From: Lama glama
Lineage: Eukaryota
Direction of reading: 5' to 3'
Assembly (NCBI GenBank): GCA_028534125.1
Contig: CM052816.1
Coordinates: 49,416,001-49,480,000 of the forward strand
Length of the DNA: 64,000 bases
Under the pieces are notes generated by a model that was given only the letters and a program-made list of their open reading frames with translations, ran no database searches and was not told the DNA's origin. The number at the start of each line of letters is the position of its first letter. The stretch's first letter is position 1. Both the position numbers and the translations under genes were made by a program. This document shows, one piece after another, positions 39,190 through 51,790 of the stretch.

Positions 39190-41710
39190 GGGAGGGGGCG
39201 CGGGGCGGGCGGGCGCCGGGGAGCGCGCCTGTGAGGCTCAGGCTCGCACGCACGCCGCCTCTGTTTGTACACAGTGCGCTGCCGGCTGCCGCCAGCTCGC
39301 TCCCGCCTGCTCACGCTTCATTGTTCTCTTAAGTCAGAAGCCCGGCAGCCGCGGCAGGGAGAGCGCAGCGCACGGTCTGCGGGTGACCCAGAGCCGCCGC
39401 GGGAGCCCGCGCCCCGCCCCGCCCGCCGTGCCTCGGCTGGGACCCACCCGCAGCGGAGGCTGAGCCCGCTGGCGGCTCCCTGGAGCTCGCCCACCTCCCG
39501 GCACCAGAGCGCTGGCAAAAGGGGAAGAGTCCTCTCTTTGGTCGCCACTCTTTCTCGTCCACTCCAAGAATCTGTTCAAGGAAAAGCTGTAGGAAGAAGA
39601 CATCTTCTTGAATCCTCTGTCAGGGGCGGGGTCTGCCTGAGCTGCTGTGCCACCTCAGCGACACTACCCCCTGCTACGACCCCTGACCAGCGGGGTCAAG
39701 TCCCGGAGACGGGATCATGAAGCGCTCGGTGGCCGCTTGGCTCTTGGTCGGGCTCAGCCTCGGTGTCCCCCAGTTCTGCAAAGGTGAGGCAGCGGGGTCC
39801 GGGGCCGCTGGGCACGGGACAGGCGGGGAGTCCCTTGGGAGACGCTGTTCAGAGGGCTGGAGGTGGTTTCCCCTACGCGCTGAGGGTGGTGAGCGCCGCA
39901 GGCGACGCACCTTGGGTACCCCCCAAAAAGTGCTCCGAAGTCAAGAGCGGAGTACGCGGGGCCGACTGGGGAAGAGGGTGCGTGATACCAGGATGAGATC
40001 GAGAGAAAAACCAGGGCGCAGGGAAGGTGGGAGGGAAACCAGATTTTCTGCAGCTCACTTGGCCACCGGGTCTCCCCAAGAACGCTACCTGGGCAGTGTG
40101 GGCAATGCCGGCTACTGGCGCCAGGCGGGGCTTTCGCTGTGGAGCAGGGGAAGCGAGCATACCCCGGGTGTCGGTGGAGTAGTTGAAACCACGAAGAGGC
40201 TGAAGAGCGGAAAAGCTGTCACCCCCCGGGGTGCAGTGCTACAGTGCTGGCAGGGCTGAGCAGTTGGCAAATCTGAACCTGGGCTGGGGGTTTTAGTCAG
40301 GGATGCGATGGAGACCGTTCTCAAGCGTCAGTTCGGCTTTCTCCCGTCTCCCCGTACTGGACGCACAGTACAGCATCAATATTAGAAAAAAAAAAAAACA
40401 AGAATCTGCCTCTCTTCTAACCCAGGGGCCTAGAGCTTTGCTAAGTGCTCCCTGTGGTAGAAGCGTAACTCCTGTTAATAGAGAATCGTACATTGCAAGA
40501 CATCCCTGGTGCCCCTGCCTCAGAGCGAAAAAGTTGTAAGAGCTGGTCTGGTGGTGCTTCCCATGACTTGCATGAAATAAACCAGTCTGTTAAAAAAAAA
40601 AAAGAAAAGAAATGTAGGACTTCAGTGAGTCCCCTGCTGAGTTGTATAGTCGACTTCCAGGTCTTTTGCGGAAGATGACTTGTCAGTACAAGCCTGGGTT
40701 GGCCCCGTCTCTGTTTAGGTCAGTGTTGAAGTTGTCTCCTGGAAAGGGCAGGGGGAGCGGCAGAGACTCTGGGGAGGCCGCTCCAACAGACCTGCGCCCT
40801 TTCAGCGGCCGCATATCCAGGCAGCCTCTTCTAAGGGGTACGAGTATTTAAAAAAAAAAAAAAAAACAAACCTTCGCAGACTGCTTCAAGTGGAGAGCTG
40901 AGTGCACTACAGGGTTTAAAATGCTGTGCCTCTGAAGGAGTGGAGTTGGATTTAAAAATGCATTGACTCAGATCCATTTGGGACTACGCACTGCATGAAT
41001 ATTCTACACCATCCATCCATGTACCCAACCATCTATTTGTTTCACAGGAAAATTAAGAACTCTTGGGCTACCGTTTGCCCAAGAAGCCGGGTGTTCCTGG
41101 CCATCTGCCCTCGCTGCCCTGCCGGTAGCGGTCCGTGGCCGCGCCTTTCCTCAGTCTCCCTCCCTCTCTCCCCCAGAATGTGACTATTTTCCCCAGCATG
41201 TAGGTGTGTGTGTAGGTGTGTGCCTTGCTTGCGTTTACAAAGTGCCCTTCCAGTTATAAGGCGGAGGCAGCCACTCCACTGAAGGTTAAGGAATGGTAAT
41301 GGCTCTGTAGTTGCGCTGCCCGTCTCCCAGCGATACGAAGAAGACACTGCTCTCACTCTCTGTATTTCTCCTTTCTCTCATTTCCTGTCTGGATTCCTTC
41401 TGCGCTTTGATCCCTTAGCAGGAAGGGAAGGGGAGAACTGCAGGCACTCCCCTCTACTCCTCCCTTGCCCGCCTCGGTTCCCACCCCAAACACGAAAACA
41501 CACACTCACCCACTCACCCTCTCTCACGCACCTACTCCATGCCTCCACTGCCACCATCAGTCCCGGCTTGGAGGTAGAGGGCGGGGGAGGGGAGTGTGGA
41601 GGAGGAGAAAGTGCGTCTAGCGTGTGTGTGGTTGCAGGAACCCTGGGACGCGGTGAGTCCCGGCTCCCTGCATCTTGACGCTCTGCCTCCTGAAGATACC
41701 CACGCATAGG
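39190..41710. promoter_or_regulatory. EDIL3: CpG island / EDIL3 promoter, 5'UTR and start of intron 1
   Basis: Sharp rise in GC and CpG density against an AT-rich background (core ~39190-40350, second cluster ~41080-41710). GC boxes GGGGCGGGCGGG (~39202), GCCCCGCCCCGCCC (~39411), GGGGCGGGG (~39623). No obvious TATA box. Confidence 0.9.
39717..39783 (+). CDS. EDIL3: EDIL3 (EGF-like repeats and discoidin domains 3 / Del-1) first coding exon, encoding the signal peptide; partial CDS, phase-1 intron follows
   Basis: ATG at 39717 (GGGATCATGA, A at -3) reads [22 protein letters not shown]+G, matching the human EDIL3 N-terminus as I recall it ([23 protein letters not shown]). 67 coding nt end at donor AAG|GTGAGG (GT 39784-39785). 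In-frame TGA 33 nt upstream of the ATG. Lies in a CpG island. Confidence 0.96.
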
Positions 41711-44700
41711 GCACAGCTTACTCTGCCAGACAAGCCAACCTTGGTGTTATTGTTGGGCTGTCCATTCTGGCTCCTAGGCAATGTTCGGGCGCAGAGTACT
41801 CCACATTTTTCAGTAGATTACTCCCTAGTTTCCAGCTAGCCTGTGGGGAGAGGGATAGAGGACTTTAGGCAAGAAATGGGCCATTTTTCTATGAGCTCTT
41901 TTTGTTAAACTTGCACCTTTTAAATTTATTCACCCTCAGCTCTGCGGAAAAGCAGAATGCAGCTTGCACGACAGCTCCAAACAATTAAACTTTGAGCAAA
42001 CTTATTGAAGCCAGTATTAGGATGAGAATTTACCTCGCAGTGCCTCCCTCCTCCCCAGACATCATTTATCTAGTGTATGCTTTTTAGAAATTGGTATTTT
42101 CCTGTACGGGTTGCAGTATACATTCATTAATGCCTGGGATTTGATAAGGACATGTAATTCCTTTCATTAGTCGTTTTTATTTTAAAATTAAGCCAATGGA
42201 TCAGTCAGACTGAATATTTTATTAACTCTTAAATTATTCATCATTATGGGTTGCTCTAAAAAATCCAATAACATGCATACAATTGCAGCAAGCACGTGAC
42301 ATCTTATGCAATCTGTCCCTGTGCCTGCAGTTTGTGCCTGAAGTCTTTAAGCAAATGGCAATGTCTAAAAATGTCTAGATATGTCCTAAATACTATGAAT
42401 CATTGGTATTTGCACTTCCTTTTTTAATCAATGGTGATTTTTAGTTAATTCTAGGTGGGAATCAATTAGTACCTGAACAGTCTCACTCATGATAATAAGA
42501 CCATGCTTTTATCATTAGTATAGCAATATTTATGTTGAAATATAACGGGCGTTTGTACTTCTAAAAATTTATTACACATTAGTGTCTTTATTACCTGATT
42601 TACAGGATCATTAATTTTATACCTTAAAAATAAGTTCAACTTCAGATTTCAGGTGAAACATTGAAAAATAATTTTAAAATACTGAATTAAAAATAATAAA
42701 CTGGAGGCAAAGTGTCCCGCTCTAATAGTTTGAAACTAATGCAAAACCCTGGCCATGCCACGCACTGTCATGATACAAAACGCATTTTTTCCCCCTGTGT
42801 TCCTGAAAAAGTTTTCCTAATTAGTCTTGAAATGTTTTCTTAGAATTGGAATCCAGTTTGTTTTAAATTTATATAGTTTGGGGAAAACATTTATAATGTA
42901 AATTAAGGGATATGAAAATTGAAATGGTCTATTCTCCCTTTTTTTTGATCTTGAATTTTTAAAGATCTTCAAAACCAGACAAATTTATTTTACTTCTGAA
43001 CTCTTCTCTAAATTAAAACTCTACTGTATTTTTCTCAGATATCTTAAGATCAATGTTCATATCAAACATGTATGCAGGATCTAGGGTATTTAATATTTTA
43101 ATGAAGTTTATTCTTATTGCTAGATGTACAGAAATTTTCCTTCTCACAAAATGATAGGAATATAAACTAAAGGGATAAAATACATATGACTAAAATAAAA
43201 AAGCTTGATTACTCAGAACCATTATAAAATAAGTTTGATAGTTTCTAGACTCTAACAGTCCATACTCTTAATTTCACTGATATTAATTAAGATGAAAATT
43301 TTAATTAGGTAATTTATTTTTAAAACTTTTCCTCTTTTGAAGGGTTTTAAATAATGAAATAGACTGTGTATGTTATCATTTGTGTACACTTTTAAGAACC
43401 TGCCTGATTTGAGAGTTTTGTAAAGGCTAAGTAATTCTGATATCTGTTGCTTACTAAACACGCTCGCAAGGCACAGTAGCTTTGAGTATGTCTTATGATG
43501 ATGTAGTTTCATTATATCCTTGCCAAAAAGACACCCACAAAAAACCATGTGGGTTTCAGAACTCAGTTCAAATCAGAGTAAAGCAGAATGAGTAGGTACC
43601 AAGAAATAACTAACAAATTTTGCAAATATGTAATTAATGGTATGGCTTCTCTCATAACTAGTCAATTTACTCTTCTGAGTTATATGAATTTGAGCTTATT
43701 TCCTAGTAGTTTGCACACTGACGTGATTATGGGGAAAAAAATCATGGAAAACCAAAGCCAAGCCACTCCTATTACTCAGTTCTTATCTGTGTTTTAAGGA
43801 AGATGCTTAGTGTATTTTGCTTTTGTTTTTAAAATTATAACCCATGAAATGATTATAATATCTTTTGGTTAATTGAAGCAAACACTTAAATATTAAGAGT
43901 CAAGTGGTTGACCACACGAAGTGGATTATTAAAAATTTTCTTATGGTTGTGTGATAATGCTACAAATGAAGTACTATAAATACTTAAACTGAATGAAGTA
44001 CCACTTAATTATTACTGAAAATGCCTCTAAAAAGTCTTTGACTTGGGGAAATTGTTGGAAGGAAAAATAGACTGGAATCAACTATGCCCTTGCCAGCAGG
44101 TGTCAGGATAATAAATGGAGATCTTTTAAAGGGAAGATGGGGAGTGGGGGAGCGGTGGGAATAAATTAGTAAATGCTAATCTGCAAATCCACATAAAGTG
44201 ACTTTTTACTCTATGTGAAACATGTATCTAGTTAAGCTTTCAGTGCTCCCCAGAGAAAAAAGGGGACGGGTCGTTGCAAGGACCTACTGCGTGTACCATA
44301 GGATTTTAACTTGGTTGCAGAATGCAAGTGCATATCTAGGTTGAACCGCTATTTTTCAGAGATCTCCTGAAAACCTTCCAAGGAAATGCACAGAGAGCTC
44401 TGTGGTGCTTGTACTAAAACAATTATTACTGAAACGTTTGGCATACTTTTAAGCTTACTCTCCATAACAACTGCAAGTTTTATAAATAGAAGTTCTGTTA
44501 CATTGACTTCCATGGATGTATATTCAGCTATGTATTTGTACATATCTGTATTACTGATAAGAGACAACCTTGCTTATCCTTTGCTATCACAATGGTAAGG
44601 TGTATGTATCCTTGGAAGTTTCTATGTAACATAAATCATGTGGCAAAAAAGACTAAATGACATGATAAAGTTCTGTCATTACTCATTTCGGCCAGTTACT

Positions 44701-47494
44701 AATCTTTATGTATGTGCCTGTTGTGTTTCAATAGTTGTCAGTGACTTGACATCATTTATTTGTTTCTAATTGATCCTTATCTGTTAAGTTGCAGATTAAT
44801 TCTAGCATCTGCTGTTATATTTCTCTTAAAATAGCATTACTGATTCACTGTTACACCATTTCTACAAGTTCTCTCAGTTTTTTATAAAGTCACAGACACC
44901 ATGCCAAACAGTCTGTCTCCAGTGGCATCCTATCTGTGTCAGAGTCCCCCTTAAGTAACTACCCCCAACACGCAATGTTTCTTTGCTGGATAGCAACTAG
45001 GGCGCAGCATCTACTATAAAATCCTGTTATCATTATCAAAAGGTTGCAAATCTCCAAAACATTGTGGAATTTGCAGTTTATTTTCTTGTGAGGAAAAAAC
45101 AAGAGAAAATGATAATGTGAAGCCTCTACTGCTAAATCTTGAGGTTTAAAACATAAATGGAAATAAATTAGGATCTGAATTATGGAACAGTTCAAGATTC
45201 TATACCTTGATTTGATCACAGAGTCGTGCCTAAAACTATCAACTGGGCAATAATTTATATCCACCCTGCCCCCTCCTTGTAGAAAAGCCTCTTTCTTTGC
45301 CTGGAGCACAGAACTGAGAATCTGGGAGAAAACATCAAAAACTCCTGACCACCTAGAATAGATACTACATTTAGGCCTTAAAGCATATAGTAAAGTCTAT
45401 TTCTCTTGGTTTTTAAGTTCCTGGACTCTCTATAAATGGATCCAGAAAATGAAAGGCTTATGACGGAACAAGTAGGCTTAATCAGAGCAATAAAATATGG
45501 CAGCTGTTAGACAAAGAGAAGATTGGAAAAGCATCCACACAAGCAGTGCTAGCAGCTAACATTGTAAAAAATTAGGGACACTTACTGGGGGTGGGGAGAG
45601 GGGCTAAGTTGAAAGGCCAGAAGGCATTTCCTTGTAGGAGAATATTACAATAATTGATGTCAGTATTGGTCTTGCATGCTAGACAAAGACCCACTACAAT
45701 ATGTTTGACATTTGGGGTACAAAGGCAGTGAAATGTTTGCATGGAAGAGATTTTGTCAAAAATGTTTAAGCTTGAAAATCTGCTTAAAGGTCAAAGAGCA
45801 GATTTCTGAGGAATATGCTTGTTTGAAACTTTATTTTCCCATCATTCTAGAGAATATGTTATTATATATATTGTTACTGATTTTTTTCCCTCAAGTAATG
45901 AAATGAAGATATGTATTACAAAACAAAGGACTCAATTTTGTAGAAAAGAAGTAGACTTCGGAATGCAGATAAGACATCCTGCAATTATTTGGTTATATTT
46001 TAGGAGAAAATGACCTCTTATTTTGTTTTAAAAATGTGGTTATTATGGTGTTAGTAACTGTAAGATTTGTTCAACAGAAGATTTAACAATGTGTGAAGTA
46101 AAATGGAGGATTTAAGTACAAGAATGCAAGTGAAGGCTTTCTAAGTACTAAAGCACTTTTGAACGTGATTGTTACTATGGAGAAAGAAGATTGACCAGAT
46201 CTTAGCTTTACTTTTTCTGTTTTTCCAGACAGGTCTGTATCAAACTGATCCATCTCTCTTGAAAATAATTTATTAAGTGTCCTAGTCCATAAGTAGGAAG
46301 GCCAAGGTTTTAATCTCTTGTCAAATGATTTTGTGCTTGATTTGAAGGTAATCTCTAAATGGGTTAGGGCACCATGCATTCTTGAAGGTTTATGCCTGGT
46401 ATTTGATAAAGGCATTTATTTTGAGAATGCACCATAATCCTCTTAAGTCTCTTCTTGTACTGAGGTCAGAATGACCATTTACATTTTACTGCCACTGGAG
46501 ATTATATGAAGACAGTCCTGGTCAAATGGTTCATGACTCCTGAGCAGAAAAGACTGGAACAGTGAAGTGGGAACATTGGAGCGTGTTTCATTTGCAATAA
46601 GTTGACGAATCCCTCCCAGTAATGTAGAGCAGTCTGCCAGTTCTAGGCATCAGTCTTTTATCTGTGCTCACATCTTTGATGTCCTTCTCCGCTCGTATAA
46701 TTGAACTCTTAATTTTATTCACACTATTTTTTCCTGTTTGTTTATTCATCTTTTTTTCTTTCTATAGTTTAACTTTTGTACTGTTAACGCTCACTTTTTG
46801 GAAATATTGTCTATAGGCAAACAAAATGCAAATTACCATTTAAAATGCTTTAATATTTATTTATAAGTTCTAGAGTAAAATTTTGTGCTTCCTACAGAAC
46901 CAGGGCTTAGAACAGTGCTAGGCAAAACAAACAACACGGCTGAACAACAACAGCAACAAAACTGAAATACTCAATATGTATCGAAATGAATGAAGCTATC
47001 CCCTCAGCACACCCGCTCATCAGTGTGTCATAAGGAGTACCTGCATATTTTCAACAGCAGTATATCTTTTATAGAAAAGATAAGTCAAAGTAGTTTCAAG
47101 AACCTTAAAAGATTTGTTTCTCACTTTGTTTTATGAACTTTTTTTTTACAGTCTGTGTTGTAGAATGAACCTACTTTGAAAATACTTCTCAATACTCCTG
47201 CAAGAGCATTATTAAATATGTGATATTAATGGACATTCATGATATGAAGTGCTATCTATCTTTGTTATGCATCTTCAGTTAAAAGCTACTGCTAAGTGAT
47301 AGATTCATTACATACAAGGATCTGACATTTCCAGCTAACTTTAATTCTGACCTAGAAACAATAATTTTCAGACATCAGTTTGTTTTTCCTTACTTTTCTT
47401 TTCTTAGGAACTGCCGTGATGTCACTTTAAGCATCTTGGTAGGCAAGTTAACAAGGGGCATTCATTTTAATATCTTTCTTAAGTATAGTTAGTA

Positions 47495-47715
47495 AGTCTA
47501 ATATTCATTTAGTGTATGCTGTGTGTTCCCCTGTTTGAATACCATCTTGATTCTCACAATAATTCTGTGAGGCAGGTACTGTTGTTATTTACATATGGAT
47601 AAGAAAACAGATACAGAGAGGCTGAATAATTTCCCAAAACAAATAATCTACTAAGTAGCTTGTTAGAAATACAACCCAGTTTAAATCTAAAGTCTTCTCT
47701 CTTAACTACTAAACT
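47495..47715 (-). mobile_element. MIR SINE
   Basis: ATTCTCACAATAATTCTGTGAGGCAGGTACT...GATAAGAAAACAGATACAGAGAGG. Confidence 0.65.
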
Positions 47716-50204
47716 AGGCTGTATTTTGGTGAGTTACACATCCGGTATATATGTCACAGGGACATTTTGTTAAATGATTTTCTAATTTGTAAAACACACA
47801 TGTCATATCTTACTACTATTTAACTGATAGGTATTTTGGGAGGGGTAAATTCTATTTATTCTCTTGGGGTATTTTAAAAATTTTCAAATTTAAGTTGGCT
47901 CAGTGTCATGCCTCTTTTCTTTTCACATTCGAAAATCAAGGTTGGAGTATGCTGTTTGGTCAGAAGGAATTACTGTGTCTTCCAGAATAATGCATTGGTA
48001 GTAAGAATAGTGAAGACAGGAAAAAGAGGAGGAGCATTTGGGAAGTGATTCAAAGTGCATGTTCTTCGAAATCTTTCATTTTTATTTTAACATGACTTTT
48101 ATATTTTGTTTTTCTAGGGTTCCACTGCTCCATTGTTATTCAGTAAGATATTTAAGAGCATACTTTCTCTGTAATTTTCAAATACGTATTGTAGGACAAA
48201 GTGATTTTAAAGGTTAGCAGATACATAATGTAGGACATTGTGATTTTAAAGGTTAACAAGGTTTTTATTTCTGCTAGTTTAGTGAAGGTATTTTATTTGC
48301 CTTACATCCCATCTTCATTTAATTTTATTTCTATGTAATGTCATTCAGAAATTTTAGCCAAAGAAGGATACCAAATGGTCTCAAATCACATCAGCTAGAA
48401 AATTAAATTTTCTGGTTTCTTTTAAAAATCATTTAACCAAAATATGGTTTGTTTTTAAAAACTAGATTTAGATAAACTTTAAATATTTTACAAAACAATG
48501 AGAATTGCACCATCTGAGATCATCTTGTCAGTATCTTCTTCTGTACAGCTGTATAATATTGAATAGTTGAAAGGGACCTCCACATGCTTCATTACATTTA
48601 TTCCACAATAACAGCGATAAAATATTTCATAAGCATTTCCCTTGTCTGTTCTACAGAACATAAGCAGAGAAGGCATTCTTAATATTGTTTAACAGATAAG
48701 AAACCTGAGGTTCAAAAAACGTCAGATCACCTGTAATTCGGCATGACCTGTAATTCAAGCAACCAGTGACACAGTTTGAACTTGACTCTATGTGTTCCGA
48801 TTCCAACTTACTTTATACTCTTTCCTGCTATAGCTTTACTTGAGGTAATTATAGTTGTGCTTTTTTCTCAGTTCTTGGATTCACAAGATGAGAACGAGGA
48901 GTGGATGTACTACTTGCTTTTTCAGAAATTACTCTGCCTCTCGGTACAGTATTAACACTTAATTGCCATCAGCATATCATACTCCCTTTCCTCTTTGGAG
49001 CCAGTTACTAACCATCACAATATCCTGAGCTTCCTCAAAGGCTTTAGAACCCTGTTTCTTCTCTATTACTTGTTCCCTTAAAAACTTGCGACCCTTTTAA
49101 CATTCTGGTGTTAAACTTGCTGAAAGTTACCAACACTAATGATCTCATCTCCGTTTTTAGGTACCTACTGACAATGCTGTTCATTAGACTTTCTCATCAT
49201 GTGATTTATTCAGTTAACAGTTACCAGATCTCTCAGACTGTCCATCTCTTACCAAAATTTTCTGTCTTTCTACCTCTCCTTGCCCGTCATTCCCCATGAA
49301 CCCACTCTTCTCATTGCTCTAATTTTCTGTAGTCTCTCTGTCTTCTTTCCCAGCCTGGTCTCTCTGTTTAACCATTTCAAGAGGTATTCAAACATTTGTG
49401 AATTTCTCAGCCCAGATGCTTTCATCATTTTTTCTTCATTATGTCCCAGACTAAGGTAATTTCCAAAGTCCCTTTACTACCCCTGGCACTGAGAAAACTG
49501 GAGTTCTGTCAAAGGGTGATAGGATCCAGTAGAAATCCTGGTGGATCTGAAAAGCTGAGTTGTGGATCCTAAAGGGAATGAGTAAGAAATAGAGAAAGTG
49601 ATGGTGTGAGGAGTAAGATTATGTGGGCATTGCAATAATTACGCTGTAATTCTAACTATGATCAGTATAAATTTGGGAGTATGGCCGTAGAAGTTATGAT
49701 TGAGGGAGGGTAGAAGGCAAGCTCGTTGGAAGAAAAGAGTGAAGGCGTGAATGGTTGGGTGTTGAAAAATCCCCCATGTGGGTATTGAAATCCCCCAGAA
49801 ATTATAGCAGGAGAAATATTGGAGAGAATGACAGTGAACCAGGAACAGAAGTCTTCGAGGGGGTATGGTATAGAAATCAGGAAATAGGTGTAGTAATGGG
49901 ATAGGAGTGGGGAACAGAGATCTATGGCATGGAATTAAAACTGGGGTAATATTTTTGTTTCTTTTGAGAGGAAAGAAAGAATATTCAGGAAGTTGCACTG
50001 AGGAACAAGAGGGACTCCTGCCTACCTCATGTCTAAAGCTATGGGAGAGAAAACGGTATCCAGTTAAGAGGGCTGCAGGGTAAACAGTGACTCAGAGGAG
50101 AGCTGATTTTGTCTAGAGCAGAAAGGCAGACTTACAAGAGCCTAGTCCCAGGTGCCATGCTCTTTGACAGTGAGCTCATTATAATAACTGATACATCTCA
50201 CGAA

Positions 50205-50385
50205 GAGCTATGCTTTTAAGCACATAAAATATGTTTTCACATGCGACAGCTCTTTTAAACCTCCCAGCCACCTAGGGGGTTATTACTATCCCCATTGACA
50301 GATGAAGATATAGACTGAGTAGGGTAAGTGATCAGCTCTCAAAACTAGGTGTTATAGACCCAAGTCTAGGACTCATTTTCACTCT
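50205..50385 (-). mobile_element. MIR SINE
   Basis: TATTACTATCCCCATTGACAGATGAAGATA...GTAAGTGA. Confidence 0.55.
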
Positions 50386-51497
50386 AGCACAATTACAGAG
50401 AAAAGCCTTACATCCAAGGAAGGACCCCTTCTGAATTTAAAGCACAGCTGGAGGAATAGGAAGATTTCTGCAGTTGTGCCCTGACCTACTTTGTCCCGCT
50501 CAGATGGGCCTCTGTACTTTGAGGTCTGCATAGTTTTGGTTACTGGGAATGTCTGTGTCTCTGTGGTGGCCTTAATCCTTGCCCACCTTGGATTATTTGT
50601 CCAGTGGTTCTTACTGGAAAACAGCATTATTACTATGGGAAATTTATTTTCCTTTTTAACTGCTTATAATTGTGCAACATTGTACGCAAAGAATTCTTTT
50701 TCCTCAAATTTACATGTTTCAAGTATTTGTAAACCATAATGTTCCTTTAGTTTCTGACATGCTAAAGTCGTACATAGTTTTTCCTTTAATCTGTCCTTGT
50801 AAGCCAATCCTTTCATCATTTTAGTTGTTTCATTTGGAATCTGTCCAAGTAGCCTACATAATTATGCAACAGGCTTGCCAAAAACTCAGCAGAGAATTCC
50901 AAGGATGTGCTTCCCCAAAATAATTCCACACACATTAGTCTGTACTTTTAAATTTTGCAAATACATTTTTAATTTTTAATCTATTGTGTTGCTGGGTTTT
51001 TTTCCCTATCAGACTTTTTCCAAGTAATACTTATCTATGTTCTTTTTTCCCCATCACTTTGTTTGGCATTAGCTTTCACTGGAGTTTTACTTTATTTTTC
51101 ATTCTCTATCTAGCATGATGATCATTAGTACAATATGATGTATTCTCCACCCACAGAATCTCAGAATAACCTAATTTATTTCCTGAAAATTATATTATTC
51201 TGCTATTTATTGCTATTTTTATATCACATACATATCAGCTAAATAATAATGAAATACACAAATTCCTATCCTTAGCTTTTTTTTTTGCATATTTATTCCT
51301 TTCAGGTCTTTAAAGTATTCATTATCTTCTTGAAACTATCATCTGTCTCTATTTCCATATTTTTCCTATGTCTGTATTTATTTCTAGCTATCTCCTTCTG
51401 TGTGTTGCCATTTTTTGCTCCCAGCTCTTTCCTCAGCTTAAACTGCACATCTCAGAGAATCTCTCTGATTACCTTCTCCAAGTAGCTGAGGATTTAA

Positions 51498-51523
51498 CAC
51501 ACACACACACACACACACACACA
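51498..51523. repeat. (AC)n microsatellite
   Basis: Read directly. Confidence 0.9.
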
Positions 51524-51529
51524 ATATAC

Positions 51530-51790
51530 CTCTGTCATTAGTCTCTATCACTCTGTCCTTTATGAAAATTACGGCATTTAAAATCGTTGTCATAATCATA
51601 ATCACTTGTTTATTTACTTTCTGTCCTGTTTCCAGTGTATTGCAAGCTCCATGTGGACAGGAAAAGCATCTATTTTGTTCCCTAATGTGTAAATCCAGCT
51701 CCAAATATAATGCCTTGTTACAGTAGGTACCCAGTTAATATTTGTTGGCTGAATTTATGCATGCTTGAATGAGTGAAAAACATGAATGAA
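51530..51790 (+). mobile_element. L2 3' end
   Basis: TGCAAGCTCCATGTGGACAGG...TTTTGTTC...CAGTAGGTACCCAGTTAATATTTGTTGGCTGAAT...TGAATGAA. Confidence 0.7.

Noticed and set aside
39784..40259. Continuation of the 180-aa ORF 39717..40259 past codon 23
   Set aside because: Reads through the GT donor into GC-rich intron 1; the Arg/Gly-rich sequence does not resemble EDIL3 EGF domains.
38936..41714. Many overlapping 60-150 aa ORFs on both strands
   Set aside because: Expected from stop-codon scarcity in a CpG island; low complexity, no recognisable domains.
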